From positions 1-64,000 of the forward strand of contig JBIPSI010000007.1 of assembly GCA_044070495.1 (NCBI GenBank): a stretch of DNA of 64,000 nt. Reading direction: 5' to 3'. The notes beneath the pieces are model-generated. The model was not told the origin of the DNA and searched no databases. It was given only the letters and a program-made list of their open reading frames with translations. This document shows positions 1 through 9,108 of the stretch, one piece after another; position 1 is the stretch's first letter, and the number at the start of each line of letters is the position of its first letter. A program made the translations under genes and the position numbers. The stretch is from Spirulina sp. Its GTDB lineage: Bacteria > Cyanobacteriota > Cyanobacteriia > Phormidesmidales > Phormidesmidaceae.

Positions 1-511
<511 letters not shown>

Positions 512-548
512 TTCCTACGAATTAATCCCTTGATTACTTAGGAAAAAG

Positions 549-576
549 AAGCGCTCCTCGCAAGGGGGGCGCTTTT
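549..576. terminator. Intrinsic terminator hairpin after psbA, probably bidirectional
   Basis: AAGCGCTCCTC-GCAA-GGGGGGCGCTT followed by T tract and preceded by an A-rich run, between convergent genes. Confidence 0.8.
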
Positions 577-781
577 AGCGGGCTTGTATTTGCTTTAATG
601 TATCGATATCAGAGGAAAAGTTAAGCTCACGGTTTTTTTCCTCTGTCTGAGCCATCTCAAAGTTGGAATAAATTTCTTCCCGATGCTCTTCCCGAAGGTA
701 TTGTTGTAGCAATAGCTGAATTTCAAGCTTTTCATCTGTAGACAGACGTTTAATAACTTCAACCACATCACTAAAAACCAT
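575..781 (-). CDS. Small acidic hypothetical protein, antitoxin-like
   Basis: 68-aa ATG ORF (FSDVVEVIKRLSTDEKLEIQLLLQQYLREE) resembling small cyanobacterial putative antitoxins; AT-rich; no toxin gene adjacent. Confidence 0.55.
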   Translation of the reverse strand: MVFSDVVEVIKRLSTDEKLEIQLLLQQYLREEHREEIYSNFEMAQTEEKNRELNFSSDIDTLKQIQAR

Positions 782-1181
782 TGGCTATCACCCTTCTATA
801 GAAAATCTATACATTGCACTTAACCTACGAGATCGATATTTCAGGCAATCAGCGATCTTCCTAATTTGATGGATCGCAATATCTATTGTCATCTTAGGCC
901 ATGTCTAGTCCAGGGTCTCTTGGCGTTATCCTAACCTGGGGCGGTAAGGTCTGGGGGCACAGGTGGCGAAGTCTTTAACGCGACTCTTTCCTAGGTTGAG
1001 TTCGCGATGGTTTCCTCAGAAGCAGACTGAAGGGGGCGATTATGGATGGTGTACTAGTGCTGCTGTTTTGATGGGCGTTATCGTTAGCCTCTCTCCAGGG
1101 TAAGGCGACAGGGCACAGCGTATTATGCTCTGCTGAAGGGATATTGGGTGGTTTGGGGATGTTTCTCAAAGGGCTTGGGCG

Positions 1182-2141
1182 GTGCGGGGATTTTTGATTG
1201 TGGTGGCGGGGTCGTTGGGGTTGGCCCTACAAAACGTGCTTCTGCGGGTGATTTTTTCGGAAAGCAACATCCTAGGACGGGTGGCCTGGGGTGGATTCCT
1301 AACGCCAACGCTGTCCCACTCCCTGCTGGTGTTGCATATGCGGTCTATTTTGATTTTGCCAGCGGTCATTCTGCTGTCCTATCGGTTGTATCCTGCCACC
1401 ACCCAAGCCCTCAAACAACTGCTTCAGCCAGAACAACGCCCGACCCTGAGGCTGTCCATCATCAGCAGTAGTTTTTTGTATTTGGCCATGGCGCTGCTGT
1501 TTGTGGCCATTGCCAGCATTCCCGCCGGGGTAGCCACGGTGCTATTTTTCATGCATCCGGTGATTACGGGGCTGCTGACCTGGGTGGTGTTTGGCAGTCG
1601 GCCCAGTCGATTGCGGCTGGCGGTCACGGTGGGGGTAATGCTGGGCAGTTTGCTGGTGGTGCCCAGCTTTGCCGGGGGCACCGCCAACTCAATGTGGCTG
1701 GGAGTGGGGGCCGCCTTGGGCGCTAGTGTAGCCTACTCCCTACAAGGGGTGCAGGCGCAAATTTGTTTTCGCCACATTCACCCGGTTCCCTTTACGCTGA
1801 TTAACTTTGCAGTGATGGCCCTTTGGTCTACGCTCAGCCTGTTCTTCATCCAAATTGAGGTGTCGCCAGAGCAGTGGGGGGTGCTGTGGGGGCTGAGTAT
1901 CATCGCAGCGGGACTCACCCTGACGGGGCAACTCTGCTACAACATTGGCATCCATCTGGTGCGAGCGGCATCCATGTCCATTGTGGCGGTCAGTAATCCG
2001 GTGCTAACGGTGACCCTGGCCTGGGTGCTGCTGCAAGAAAGCCTCCAGGGACGGCAGATCTTCGGCATCGTGCTGGTAGTGGTCAGCATTGTGGCCCTCA
2101 GCCAAGAGCAGACCCGCAATCAAAAAGCCTCTGCGGCTTAG
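1182..2141 (+). CDS. DMT/EamA-family transporter
   Basis: 319 aa, about 10 hydrophobic helices in two repeats, IPAGVATVLFFMHPVIT and NPVLTVTLAWVLLQESL motifs. Confidence 0.85.
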   Translation: MRGFLIVVAGSLGLALQNVLLRVIFSESNILGRVAWGGFLTPTLSHSLLVLHMRSILILPAVILLSYRLYPATTQALKQLLQPEQRPTLRLSIISSSFLYLAMALLFVAIASIPAGVATVLFFMHPVITGLLTWVVFGSRPSRLRLAVTVGVMLGSLLVVPSFAGGTANSMWLGVGAALGASVAYSLQGVQAQICFRHIHPVPFTLINFAVMALWSTLSLFFIQIEVSPEQWGVLWGLSIIAAGLTLTGQLCYNIGIHLVRAASMSIVAVSNPVLTVTLAWVLLQESLQGRQIFGIVLVVVSIVALSQEQTRNQKASAA

Positions 2142-2152
2142 CTAGTGGATTC

Positions 2153-2321
2153 AGATCCCCGGTTTCTTGGCTGAGTCGGAAGGATTGTGGTTTGTCCGAT
2201 GGTAGAAACCGGGGATCTTGGCTGGTGGGGTCACAGATCCCCGGTTTCTGTATGTAACAGCAAGGATTTTGGGTAGGTCGGTGGCAGAAACCGGGGATCT
2301 CGGCCAAGAAACCGGGGATCT
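2153..2321. repeat. Two 66-bp inverted-repeat units (AGATCCCCGGTTTCT-N36-AGAAACCGGGGATCT) plus one extra half-site
   Basis: 15-mer copies at 2153-2167, 2204-2218, 2235-2249, 2286-2300 and 2307-2321. Confidence 0.9.
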
Positions 2322-2714
2322 TTAGCTCAGGGTATCCCGGTATTCGTTGAGAACGGCCAGCACTTGGGTCAGCTTGTGGCGGTTTTCGTCTGAAGGATCC
2401 GCCAAAAAGCTTAGGAGTGCAAAATCTCGTTCAGCTTCGACTCTAGCTCGGCGAGTCGCGTGTTGTTCTGTTTTAGCTCGGCGGTCTGTCTCTCGGTTTC
2501 GACTGTTCCACTCAACGCCGAAATTAACCAGTGCCACCACGAGGGCTGCCACGGTGAGTCGGTTGCTCCAGTCTCTGGGCTGGGCGATGAGTTGGAGGAA
2601 TTGGAAATCTTGTTCGTCATAGAACCGCAGAAAGGCAACGGCAATGGTGAGGACGGTCAGCGTCGTACCAGGCAACAGAGCCAGAAAATTGAGCCAAACC
2701 TGGCGGTTAACCAT
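2322..2714 (-). CDS. Hypothetical membrane protein (2 TM plus charged helical tail)
   Basis: 130-aa ATG ORF with two hydrophobic segments. Confidence 0.7.
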   Translation of the reverse strand: MVNRQVWLNFLALLPGTTLTVLTIAVAFLRFYDEQDFQFLQLIAQPRDWSNRLTVAALVVALVNFGVEWNSRNRETDRRAKTEQHATRRARVEAERDFALLSFLADPSDENRHKLTQVLAVLNEYRDTLS

Positions 2715-2797
2715 CTCTATTCTAGTCCAGGGTTTCTGGGCACTATCCCATCGCTTAATGCAGCCTTGCTAGGGAAATTTTGGCTTGTGGTGATGGC

Positions 2798-2863
2798 AGA
2801 TCCCCGGTTGCTTGGCAGATCAATCAGGATTTTTGAATACCCGACAGCAGAAACCGGGGATCT
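2798..2863. repeat. Third 66-bp inverted-repeat unit
   Basis: AGATCCCCGGTTGCT at 2798-2812, 36-nt spacer, AGAAACCGGGGATCT at 2849-2863. Confidence 0.9.
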
Positions 2864-2926
2864 TGAGATCGGAGTTCTGCCTAGTCTATGCTAGGCTGCG
2901 CCTAGTGTTGGTCGGTAGTAACCGCT

Positions 2927-3823
2927 ATGGCACCAAAGCGGGTTCGTTATCAATGGTTTCGAGATATTCCCCGCAATGTCTCCTATCGGGACTATGAGCG
3001 ATTTCAATTCCGGGCCTTTGGAGCCTTTAGCTTAGGCGTAACCGCTGCGGCTTTGGCGATTGTTGCCATGACAGGGCAGACCCTACGGCCAGCCGAGGAG
3101 CTGAGCCAGATGGATAGCCTCTCGATTGAAGCCGCGATGACCGTTGGGGCAGATCATCCCAGCCCCGTCAAGCTAGAGGGGTATCTCGTCACGGATGCCC
3201 CCCTGACCATGCCCGATGATGCCGCACGACGAGTGATTCGGGGGCGCTTGCGGCTGATGGCAAGGGGGCCATCGGGTTCCGATGCTGACCGTGATCCGGA
3301 ACCGCAGCGGGAAACCTTGTTGGCCTGGGAAGAGACGGTAGATAGCGTGTTTTTGTCCGATGGCAAGCATCGCATTCCCCTAGCCTTTGACTTAGCTGGG
3401 CTACCCATGCAGGAGGAAACCGCCGGTCGCCTATCACCGCGTATTGTGCGGGCAGGGACCTCATCCCGTACCAGTCGTCCTGTAGCGGTTGAGTATGGCG
3501 ATCAGGTGTTGCCGCTATCGCCCGACGTTTGGGGGCAGGCAAGCAGCGTCTTTGTCGATTTAGAACGTCAGGTTCTACCCTACGGGCAGGCAGTGGTCGT
3601 GGTGGCTAAGGTGGAAGCGACCCCCCAGGGCAATCAGTTGGTGGATCCCCTCGGTGATCGTCTGCAAGTCAGGCTAGGGACGGAAGACGAGATCCGCCAG
3701 CAGGGCCAACGGACACGACGGTGGTTTCTCTTCCTGGCTATCCCTCTGGGATTCGCGAGTTTTGTGGTGGGCCGATCCGCCTATGACCTATGGCAAGAGT
3801 TCGTCGAACGCTCCAACCAGTGA
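2927..3823 (+). CDS. Hypothetical membrane protein (TM - soluble domain - TM, possibly GIDE-like)
   Basis: 298-aa ORF with N- and C-terminal hydrophobic helices; ERQVLPYGQAVVVVA is reminiscent of GIDE domains (weak). Confidence 0.7.
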   Translation: MAPKRVRYQWFRDIPRNVSYRDYERFQFRAFGAFSLGVTAAALAIVAMTGQTLRPAEELSQMDSLSIEAAMTVGADHPSPVKLEGYLVTDAPLTMPDDAARRVIRGRLRLMARGPSGSDADRDPEPQRETLLAWEETVDSVFLSDGKHRIPLAFDLAGLPMQEETAGRLSPRIVRAGTSSRTSRPVAVEYGDQVLPLSPDVWGQASSVFVDLERQVLPYGQAVVVVAKVEATPQGNQLVDPLGDRLQVRLGTEDEIRQQGQRTRRWFLFLAIPLGFASFVVGRSAYDLWQEFVERSNQ

Positions 3824-3949
3824 GACGATTCCCGTTATGGAGTTAAATGGGGGATGGCCAAGGCTGGGCGGTTGTCCGTCGGTTGATGGATAGCTGATCC
3901 TCCCCTTGGTCGGTGACCTTTCTCCGTAGCTCAACCTAGCGCAACCCCC

Positions 3950-5587
3950 GTGGCAGACTCCGACCCTAAACCTTCTTCGGCTGACCGTTCCCCAGCAAAC
4001 CGTTCCCTAGCCAACATTGCTGGCATTGTGGCGGTGGCCACGTTGATTAGCAAACTGGCGGGGCTGTTTCGGCAGCAGGCGATTGGGGCAGCCTTTGCGG
4101 TGGGGCCAGTGGCCGATGCCTACAGCTTTGCCTACATCATTCCTGGCTTTTTGTTGATTTTGCTGGGGGGCATCAACGGCCCCTTCCATAGCGCCATTGT
4201 TAGCGTGGTGGCCAAGCAAGATCGCAAGGATACGGCGGCGTTGCTGGAGGCAATTAACACCCTGGTGGGGCTGGTGCTGGTGGGGATTTCCATCGCCCTG
4301 TTCCTAATGGCGGGGGGTATTATCGACACCATTGCCCCTGGACTGGGCCAAACGGAACCCATCGCCCGCGACATTGCCGTGCTGCAACTGCGGATTATGT
4401 CGCCCATGGCCCTGTTTGCGGGGCTGATTGGCATTGGCTTTGGGGCGCTGAATGCCGACAGCCAGTTTTGGTTGCCGTCCATTAGCCCCATTTTTTCCAG
4501 CGGGGCGGTGCTGCTGGGGTTGGGTATTCTCTACGGGGCAATTGGGGCCAACATCACCAACGCCGACTATTTCCTGCTGGGCGGTGCGGTGCTGGCGGCG
4601 AGCACCCTGGCGGGGGCAGTGTTGCAATGGTTGGCCCAGCTTCCGGCCCTGTGGAAGTCCGGTTTAGGACGGCCTCGGCTGCGGTTTGATTGGAAACTGC
4701 CGGGGGTGCAGGACGTTTTTAAGGTGCTGATTCCGGCCACGCTGTCGTCAGGAATGCTGCAAATTAACCTGTTTACAGACTTGTTTTTTGCCTCGTTTAT
4801 TCCCGGCACGGCGGCGGCTTTGAGCTATGCGAATTTGCTGATCCAAACGCCGTTAGGCATCATTTCCAACGTGATTTTGGTGCCCTTTTTGCCGCTGTTT
4901 GCCCGTCTAGCCGCACCGGAACATTGGCCCGAACTCAAGGATCGCATCCGCCAAAGCCTGCTGTTTACGGCGCTCACTATGCTGCCCCTGGGGGCGCTGT
5001 TTGTAGTGCTGGCGTCGCCCATTGTGCGGGTGATTTATGAACGGGGAGCCTTTGACGAAGAGGCTTCAGCCCTAGTGACCTCGGTACTGATGGTCTACGG
5101 CTTTGGCATGTTTGTCTACCTGGCGCGGGATGTGCTGGTGCGGGTCTTCTACGCCATGGGCGATGGCCAAACCCCCTTTCGCATTAGCTTGTTCAACATC
5201 GTGCTGAACGGGGTGCTAGATTTCTTCTTCATCCGCTGGATTGGCGCACCGGGTCTGGTGTTGGCCACCGTGGGGGTAAACGTGTTTTCCACCCTGGCGT
5301 TGACGGCCATTTTGCACCGTCGCCTACGGGGGCTACCGTTACTGGAATGGGCTGGACTGATTGGGCTGTTAGCGGGACTCAGCGCCCTATCAGGAACAGC
5401 GGCCTGGGGCACACTCCAAGGTCTAGAACGCTGGCTAGGCACCGCAGGCATCGGCCCTCTGCTGCTGCAACTGCTGGTTCCCGGTGGTGTGGGTATCCTG
5501 GTTTTTATCCTGGGGGCCTCGGTGCTGCCCATTCCCGAAGTGCGGCAACTGGGCCAACGCCTCAGCCAGCGCTTCCGCCGCCGTTAG
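3950..5587 (+). CDS. murJ: Lipid II flippase MurJ (MviN)
   Basis: ATLISKLAGLFRQQAIGAAF, ADAYSFAYIIPG, GGINGPFHSA, IYERGAF and VRVFYAMGD motifs; many TM helices. Confidence 0.95.
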   Translation: MADSDPKPSSADRSPANRSLANIAGIVAVATLISKLAGLFRQQAIGAAFAVGPVADAYSFAYIIPGFLLILLGGINGPFHSAIVSVVAKQDRKDTAALLEAINTLVGLVLVGISIALFLMAGGIIDTIAPGLGQTEPIARDIAVLQLRIMSPMALFAGLIGIGFGALNADSQFWLPSISPIFSSGAVLLGLGILYGAIGANITNADYFLLGGAVLAASTLAGAVLQWLAQLPALWKSGLGRPRLRFDWKLPGVQDVFKVLIPATLSSGMLQINLFTDLFFASFIPGTAAALSYANLLIQTPLGIISNVILVPFLPLFARLAAPEHWPELKDRIRQSLLFTALTMLPLGALFVVLASPIVRVIYERGAFDEEASALVTSVLMVYGFGMFVYLARDVLVRVFYAMGDGQTPFRISLFNIVLNGVLDFFFIRWIGAPGLVLATVGVNVFSTLALTAILHRRLRGLPLLEWAGLIGLLAGLSALSGTAAWGTLQGLERWLGTAGIGPLLLQLLVPGGVGILVFILGASVLPIPEVRQLGQRLSQRFRRR

Positions 5588-5616
5588 ATCGGGGATGTCG
5601 TCCATGAGGAAGGCAA

Positions 5617-5645
5617 CGTTGGGGCGCACTGCGGGGTGCCCGTAC
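5617..5645. repeat. REP-like hairpin (CGTTGGGGCGCACTGCGGGGTGCCCGTAC)
   Basis: Near-identical copy at 7194-7222; both lie between convergent genes. Confidence 0.65.
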
Positions 5646-5707
5646 GGGGGGCTTTGTCCTCAATCAGCGGCCCGTTTGCAGAGATGGCTGTGATCGGCAA
5701 AACTTGT

Positions 5708-6610
5708 CTAATTCGGTAAGCGTCCCAGGAGAGTTTGCGCCTTGGCGGCCCAGTCGGGGTTGCCCATCGTGATATAGAGGTTTTTGGCGTACTCCAAGAC
5801 GGCCCGTGCCTCTTCGTAGCGACCGAGTTGGGTAAAGGCTAGCCCTGCACTGTAGTAGGCATCGGCATAACGGCCATTAATTTGGGTAGCCCGCCGAAAG
5901 GATTCCAACGATTCCTCCACCTGCCCTTGGTTAAACCGCGCCAAGCCCAGGTTGTAGTGGGCCTGGGGATACTGGGGCTGAATGACGAGGGCCTGCCCTA
6001 GGGCGGCTTCGGCCTCACCAAATTGCTGCCGTTGCAGGTAAATAATACCCCGCTGAAAGTGAGACTCTGGAGCCTGGGGACTGTACTGTCCGGCTAGGGT
6101 AAAGGCGGCGAGGGCTTCATCCAAACGGCCCTGCCCCTGGAGTACCATGCCGAGGTTGTAGTGGGCGTTGCCCAAATCCGGCTGAATTTGCAGGGCACGG
6201 CGTAGGTAAGACTCCGCCTGATCCAAGTTGCCCCCTTCAATGAGGGCACCGCCCAGGTTGGCATAGGCCATGGCGAACTGAGGATCCGCCCGCACCGCCT
6301 GCCAAAACGCCGAAGCGGCCTCCTGCAACTGGCCCTGCTGGCGCAACAAGAGGCCCAAGTTATAGTGAGCTGCCGCTAGGTTAGGATCCAGGGCAATGGC
6401 CTGCTGAAACTGGGCCTGGGCCTGATCAGCCTGCCCTTGCTGAATCAGCATCAGCCCTTGGTTCAGGGCCGCTTCCGCCGCTGGGTTTGGGGCCGGAGCC
6501 GTCTGAGCCAGGGCCGAACGCCAGCCGCCATCGCCCATTCCGGCGAGAACCATCACCAAACCAGCGGATAGCCCAGCGAAGGTAAGCCGTTGCAACAGAG
6601 AAAGGGCCAT
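5708..6610 (-). CDS. Tetratricopeptide-repeat protein with signal peptide
   Basis: Repeated AHYNLG..L...G...EA...F..A....P units of 34 aa; N-terminal export signal ending ALA-Q. Confidence 0.92.
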   Translation of the reverse strand: MALSLLQRLTFAGLSAGLVMVLAGMGDGGWRSALAQTAPAPNPAAEAALNQGLMLIQQGQADQAQAQFQQAIALDPNLAAAHYNLGLLLRQQGQLQEAASAFWQAVRADPQFAMAYANLGGALIEGGNLDQAESYLRRALQIQPDLGNAHYNLGMVLQGQGRLDEALAAFTLAGQYSPQAPESHFQRGIIYLQRQQFGEAEAALGQALVIQPQYPQAHYNLGLARFNQGQVEESLESFRRATQINGRYADAYYSAGLAFTQLGRYEEARAVLEYAKNLYITMGNPDWAAKAQTLLGRLPN

Positions 6611-6848
6611 GGCAAATCACCGACCAAAGAAGAATAAAACCTGCGCGATTAGACGCCCCTAACAATATAAAGTTGCCCCAGCTTTTGCAACTCATGCTTG
6701 ATCCAGAATCGGTGTTGCGAGGGTATCCACCTTGTAGACGATGGCGCGTCTGTTCAAGCGGCCCAACGCCCTGTTCGTCAACGGTAAAGACGTTGGGGCC
6801 TTTAGCTATCCGTTAAGATTTAGGTGTGTATCGCCTAAACACAGACCC

Positions 6849-7181
6849 ATGCAAGCTCAACCGCCCAGAGAACCGACCATTGCTGATGTTCTGACCGAAC
6901 TTCAGACCTTCAAAGGTGAACTTCAATCCTTTCAGGCCGATGTCGATAAACGGTTCGAGCAGGTTGATAAACGGTTCGAGCAGGTGGATAAACGGCTTGA
7001 CCAGTTTGACCAACGCTTAGAAAAGCTGGACTACAAGTTCGACACCTACGAGAAAGCCTCTGAGAAACTGTCCCGTTTGGCCACCACTATCATCGTGGCG
7101 GCGGCAACGGTGGCGGTGCTGCCAGCAGCGTTACAGGCCTTTGGGCCGTTGATTACGCAGATAGTGCTGTCGGGGCAGTAG
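6849..7181 (+). CDS. Small coiled-coil membrane-anchored hypothetical protein
   Basis: Likely ATG at 6849; VDKRFEQ heptads followed by a C-terminal TM helix. Confidence 0.7.
   Translation: MQAQPPREPTIADVLTELQTFKGELQSFQADVDKRFEQVDKRFEQVDKRLDQFDQRLEKLDYKFDTYEKASEKLSRLATTIIVAAATVAVLPAALQAFGPLITQIVLSGQ
6942..7004 (+). repeat. 21-bp coding tandem repeat x3 (VDKRFEQ, VDKRFEQ, VDKRLDQ)
   Basis: GTnGATAAACGG... repeated at 21-nt period. Confidence 0.85.
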
Positions 7182-7193
7182 GGAATGATGGGG

Positions 7194-7222
7194 CGTTGGG
7201 GCGCACTGCGGTGCGCCCGTAC
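7194..7222. repeat. REP-like hairpin, second copy
   Basis: CGTTGGGGCGCACTGCGGTGCGCCCGTAC; stem GGGCGCAC/GTGCGCCC. Confidence 0.65.
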
Positions 7223-7237
7223 AGATGGATGGTGGTA

Positions 7238-8446
7238 TCAGATCAGCGTGAGGCAGGCTTGGGCGATGGCCCATTCTTCTTGGGTTTGAATGACGAAGAC
7301 GCGGACGCTGGAGTCTGGGGTGCTGATGTCTTGGTCGGCGGCGGATCGTCCGAGGTTGTCCTGAAGCTTAAGACCCAGGAAGGCAAAGGGTTCGCAGGCT
7401 TTTTGCCAGATCAGGGCGCTATTTTCGCCGATGCCAGCGGTAAAAACGAGGGCATCCAACCCGCCGAGGCTGGCTAGCATGGATCCCATCTCGCGGCGCA
7501 GACGGTGAAGGAACATTTCGACGGCGAGTTTGGCCCGGTCGTTACCCTGTTCCATGGCGTCGATCACCAGGCGCAGATCGTTGGATAGGCCGGAAATGCC
7601 CTTGAGGCCAGATTCTTTATTCAGCAGTTGGTCAAGACGGTCGCCGCTGTAGCCTTCCTGGCGGATCAGGTGAATGAGAATACCGGGATCGACGCTGCCG
7701 GAGCGACTGCCCATCATCAGCCCATCCAACGGGGTGAAGCCCATGGTGGTGTCAATGCTGTGGCCGTTTTTGACGGCGGCGAGGGAGCAACCGTTGCCGA
7801 GGTGGCAGGTGATCAGGTTTAACTCGGCCAAGTCTCGCCCCAGCAGATGGGCGGCGCGTTGGGCGACGTAGCGGTGGCTGGTGCCGTGGAAGCCGTAGCG
7901 CTGGATGCCTTGGTTGATCCAGGTGTAGGGGCCGGGGTAGGTGGCGGCAGCGGCGGGCATTCGGGCGTGGAAGGCGGTGTCGAACACGGCCACCTGGGGA
8001 ATATCGCCCAGGATGTTCTCTATGGCTTCAATGCCCTGAAGATTGGCGGGGTTGTGGGCGGGGGCGAGGGGAATCAGCCGTTGAATGGCGGCTTTGACGT
8101 CGTGATCAATCCGCACACTGTCCACATAGTCGCGACCGCCGTGGACGACTCGGTGCCCGACGCCATCGATGTCGCTCAGGTTCTCTAGGACTTGGGTTTC
8201 GCCTTCTACCAAGGTTTTCAGCATGGCGGCGATGCCTTCGGCCTTGTCGGTGATGGGGAGGGACTGTTTGAGGGAGGCTCCCAATTCCGTTTCGGCGGTG
8301 AGTTCCACCTGGCCCTCGGCGTGGGTCCAATCCAGCGCCGCCCGCCAGATGGGGTTGGGAGCAAGGCTAGCGTCGGAGGCTTGGGTAAGGTCAAACAGAC
8401 AGCTTTTGTGGCTGCTAGAGCCAGCGTTGAGAACCAAGATTTTCAT
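7238..8446 (-). CDS. ackA: Acetate kinase
   Basis: MKILVLNAGSSS, GHRVVHGG, FDTAFH, RYGFHGTSH, HLGNGCS and FTAGIGEN motifs. Confidence 0.97.
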   Translation of the reverse strand: MKILVLNAGSSSHKSCLFDLTQASDASLAPNPIWRAALDWTHAEGQVELTAETELGASLKQSLPITDKAEGIAAMLKTLVEGETQVLENLSDIDGVGHRVVHGGRDYVDSVRIDHDVKAAIQRLIPLAPAHNPANLQGIEAIENILGDIPQVAVFDTAFHARMPAAAATYPGPYTWINQGIQRYGFHGTSHRYVAQRAAHLLGRDLAELNLITCHLGNGCSLAAVKNGHSIDTTMGFTPLDGLMMGSRSGSVDPGILIHLIRQEGYSGDRLDQLLNKESGLKGISGLSNDLRLVIDAMEQGNDRAKLAVEMFLHRLRREMGSMLASLGGLDALVFTAGIGENSALIWQKACEPFAFLGLKLQDNLGRSAADQDISTPDSSVRVFVIQTQEEWAIAQACLTLI

Positions 8447-8467
8447 AGTGGCAGCGGCGGAAGGGAG

Positions 8468-9106
8468 CTAGGTGCCGGGACGGGCATCGAGGTCGGTGGG
8501 CAGATGGGATCGATCCCCATGTTTGACTAGCATGGGGCCATACTTGCCAAACTGAATCAGGCTGACAGAGGCCACGGGCATCGTAATCCGATCTCGATAG
8601 CGCCCACTGTCCATCCCTAACAGGCTGCACAGCATGAGGCGAATCGTGGTTTTGTGAGAAATCACCAGCACATTGCCGTCGGTAAACTGGTGCTCAATTT
8701 CGGCGAGCACCGCAGCGGCACGGCTGGCCACCTGCACCCCGGTTTCGCCCCCGGTGGGTGGGTTCCAGGCGGGTTCCGTCATCCAGTTGTAATAGTCTTC
8801 GCTGAACTGGGTCTGCACCGCCTCAAAGGAAAGCCCCTCCCAGTCGCCAAACCGCATTTCCTTCAGGCCATCCCGAATCTGCATCTCCAAACCCGTGGCT
8901 TGGCAGAAGGGGGTGGCGGTGGAAACGGCTCGTTTTAGGGGGCTGCAAAACACGGCCTGCCACGGCAGATGGCGATACTTTTCGGCAAAGGCTTGGGCCA
9001 TAGCCAGCCCTTCGGGCGTTAGGGCCACATCGGTCGATCCGGTGTAGACTCCTAGGCGGCTCGCTTCCGTTTCGCCGTGGCGCATCAGGTAGAGATTGAG
9101 AGCCAT
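8468..9106 (-). CDS. Histidine phosphatase / phosphoglycerate mutase family protein
   Basis: LYLMRHGET, SPLKRA, EMRFGDWEG and VISHK motifs. Confidence 0.92.
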   Translation of the reverse strand: MALNLYLMRHGETEASRLGVYTGSTDVALTPEGLAMAQAFAEKYRHLPWQAVFCSPLKRAVSTATPFCQATGLEMQIRDGLKEMRFGDWEGLSFEAVQTQFSEDYYNWMTEPAWNPPTGGETGVQVASRAAAVLAEIEHQFTDGNVLVISHKTTIRLMLCSLLGMDSGRYRDRITMPVASVSLIQFGKYGPMLVKHGDRSHLPTDLDARPGT

Positions 9107-9108
9107 CG

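Noticed and set aside
2153..2321. CRISPR array (repeats with 36-nt spacers)
   Set aside because: The repeats are only 15 nt and alternate in orientation, the spacers share internal motifs, and there are no cas genes in the window.
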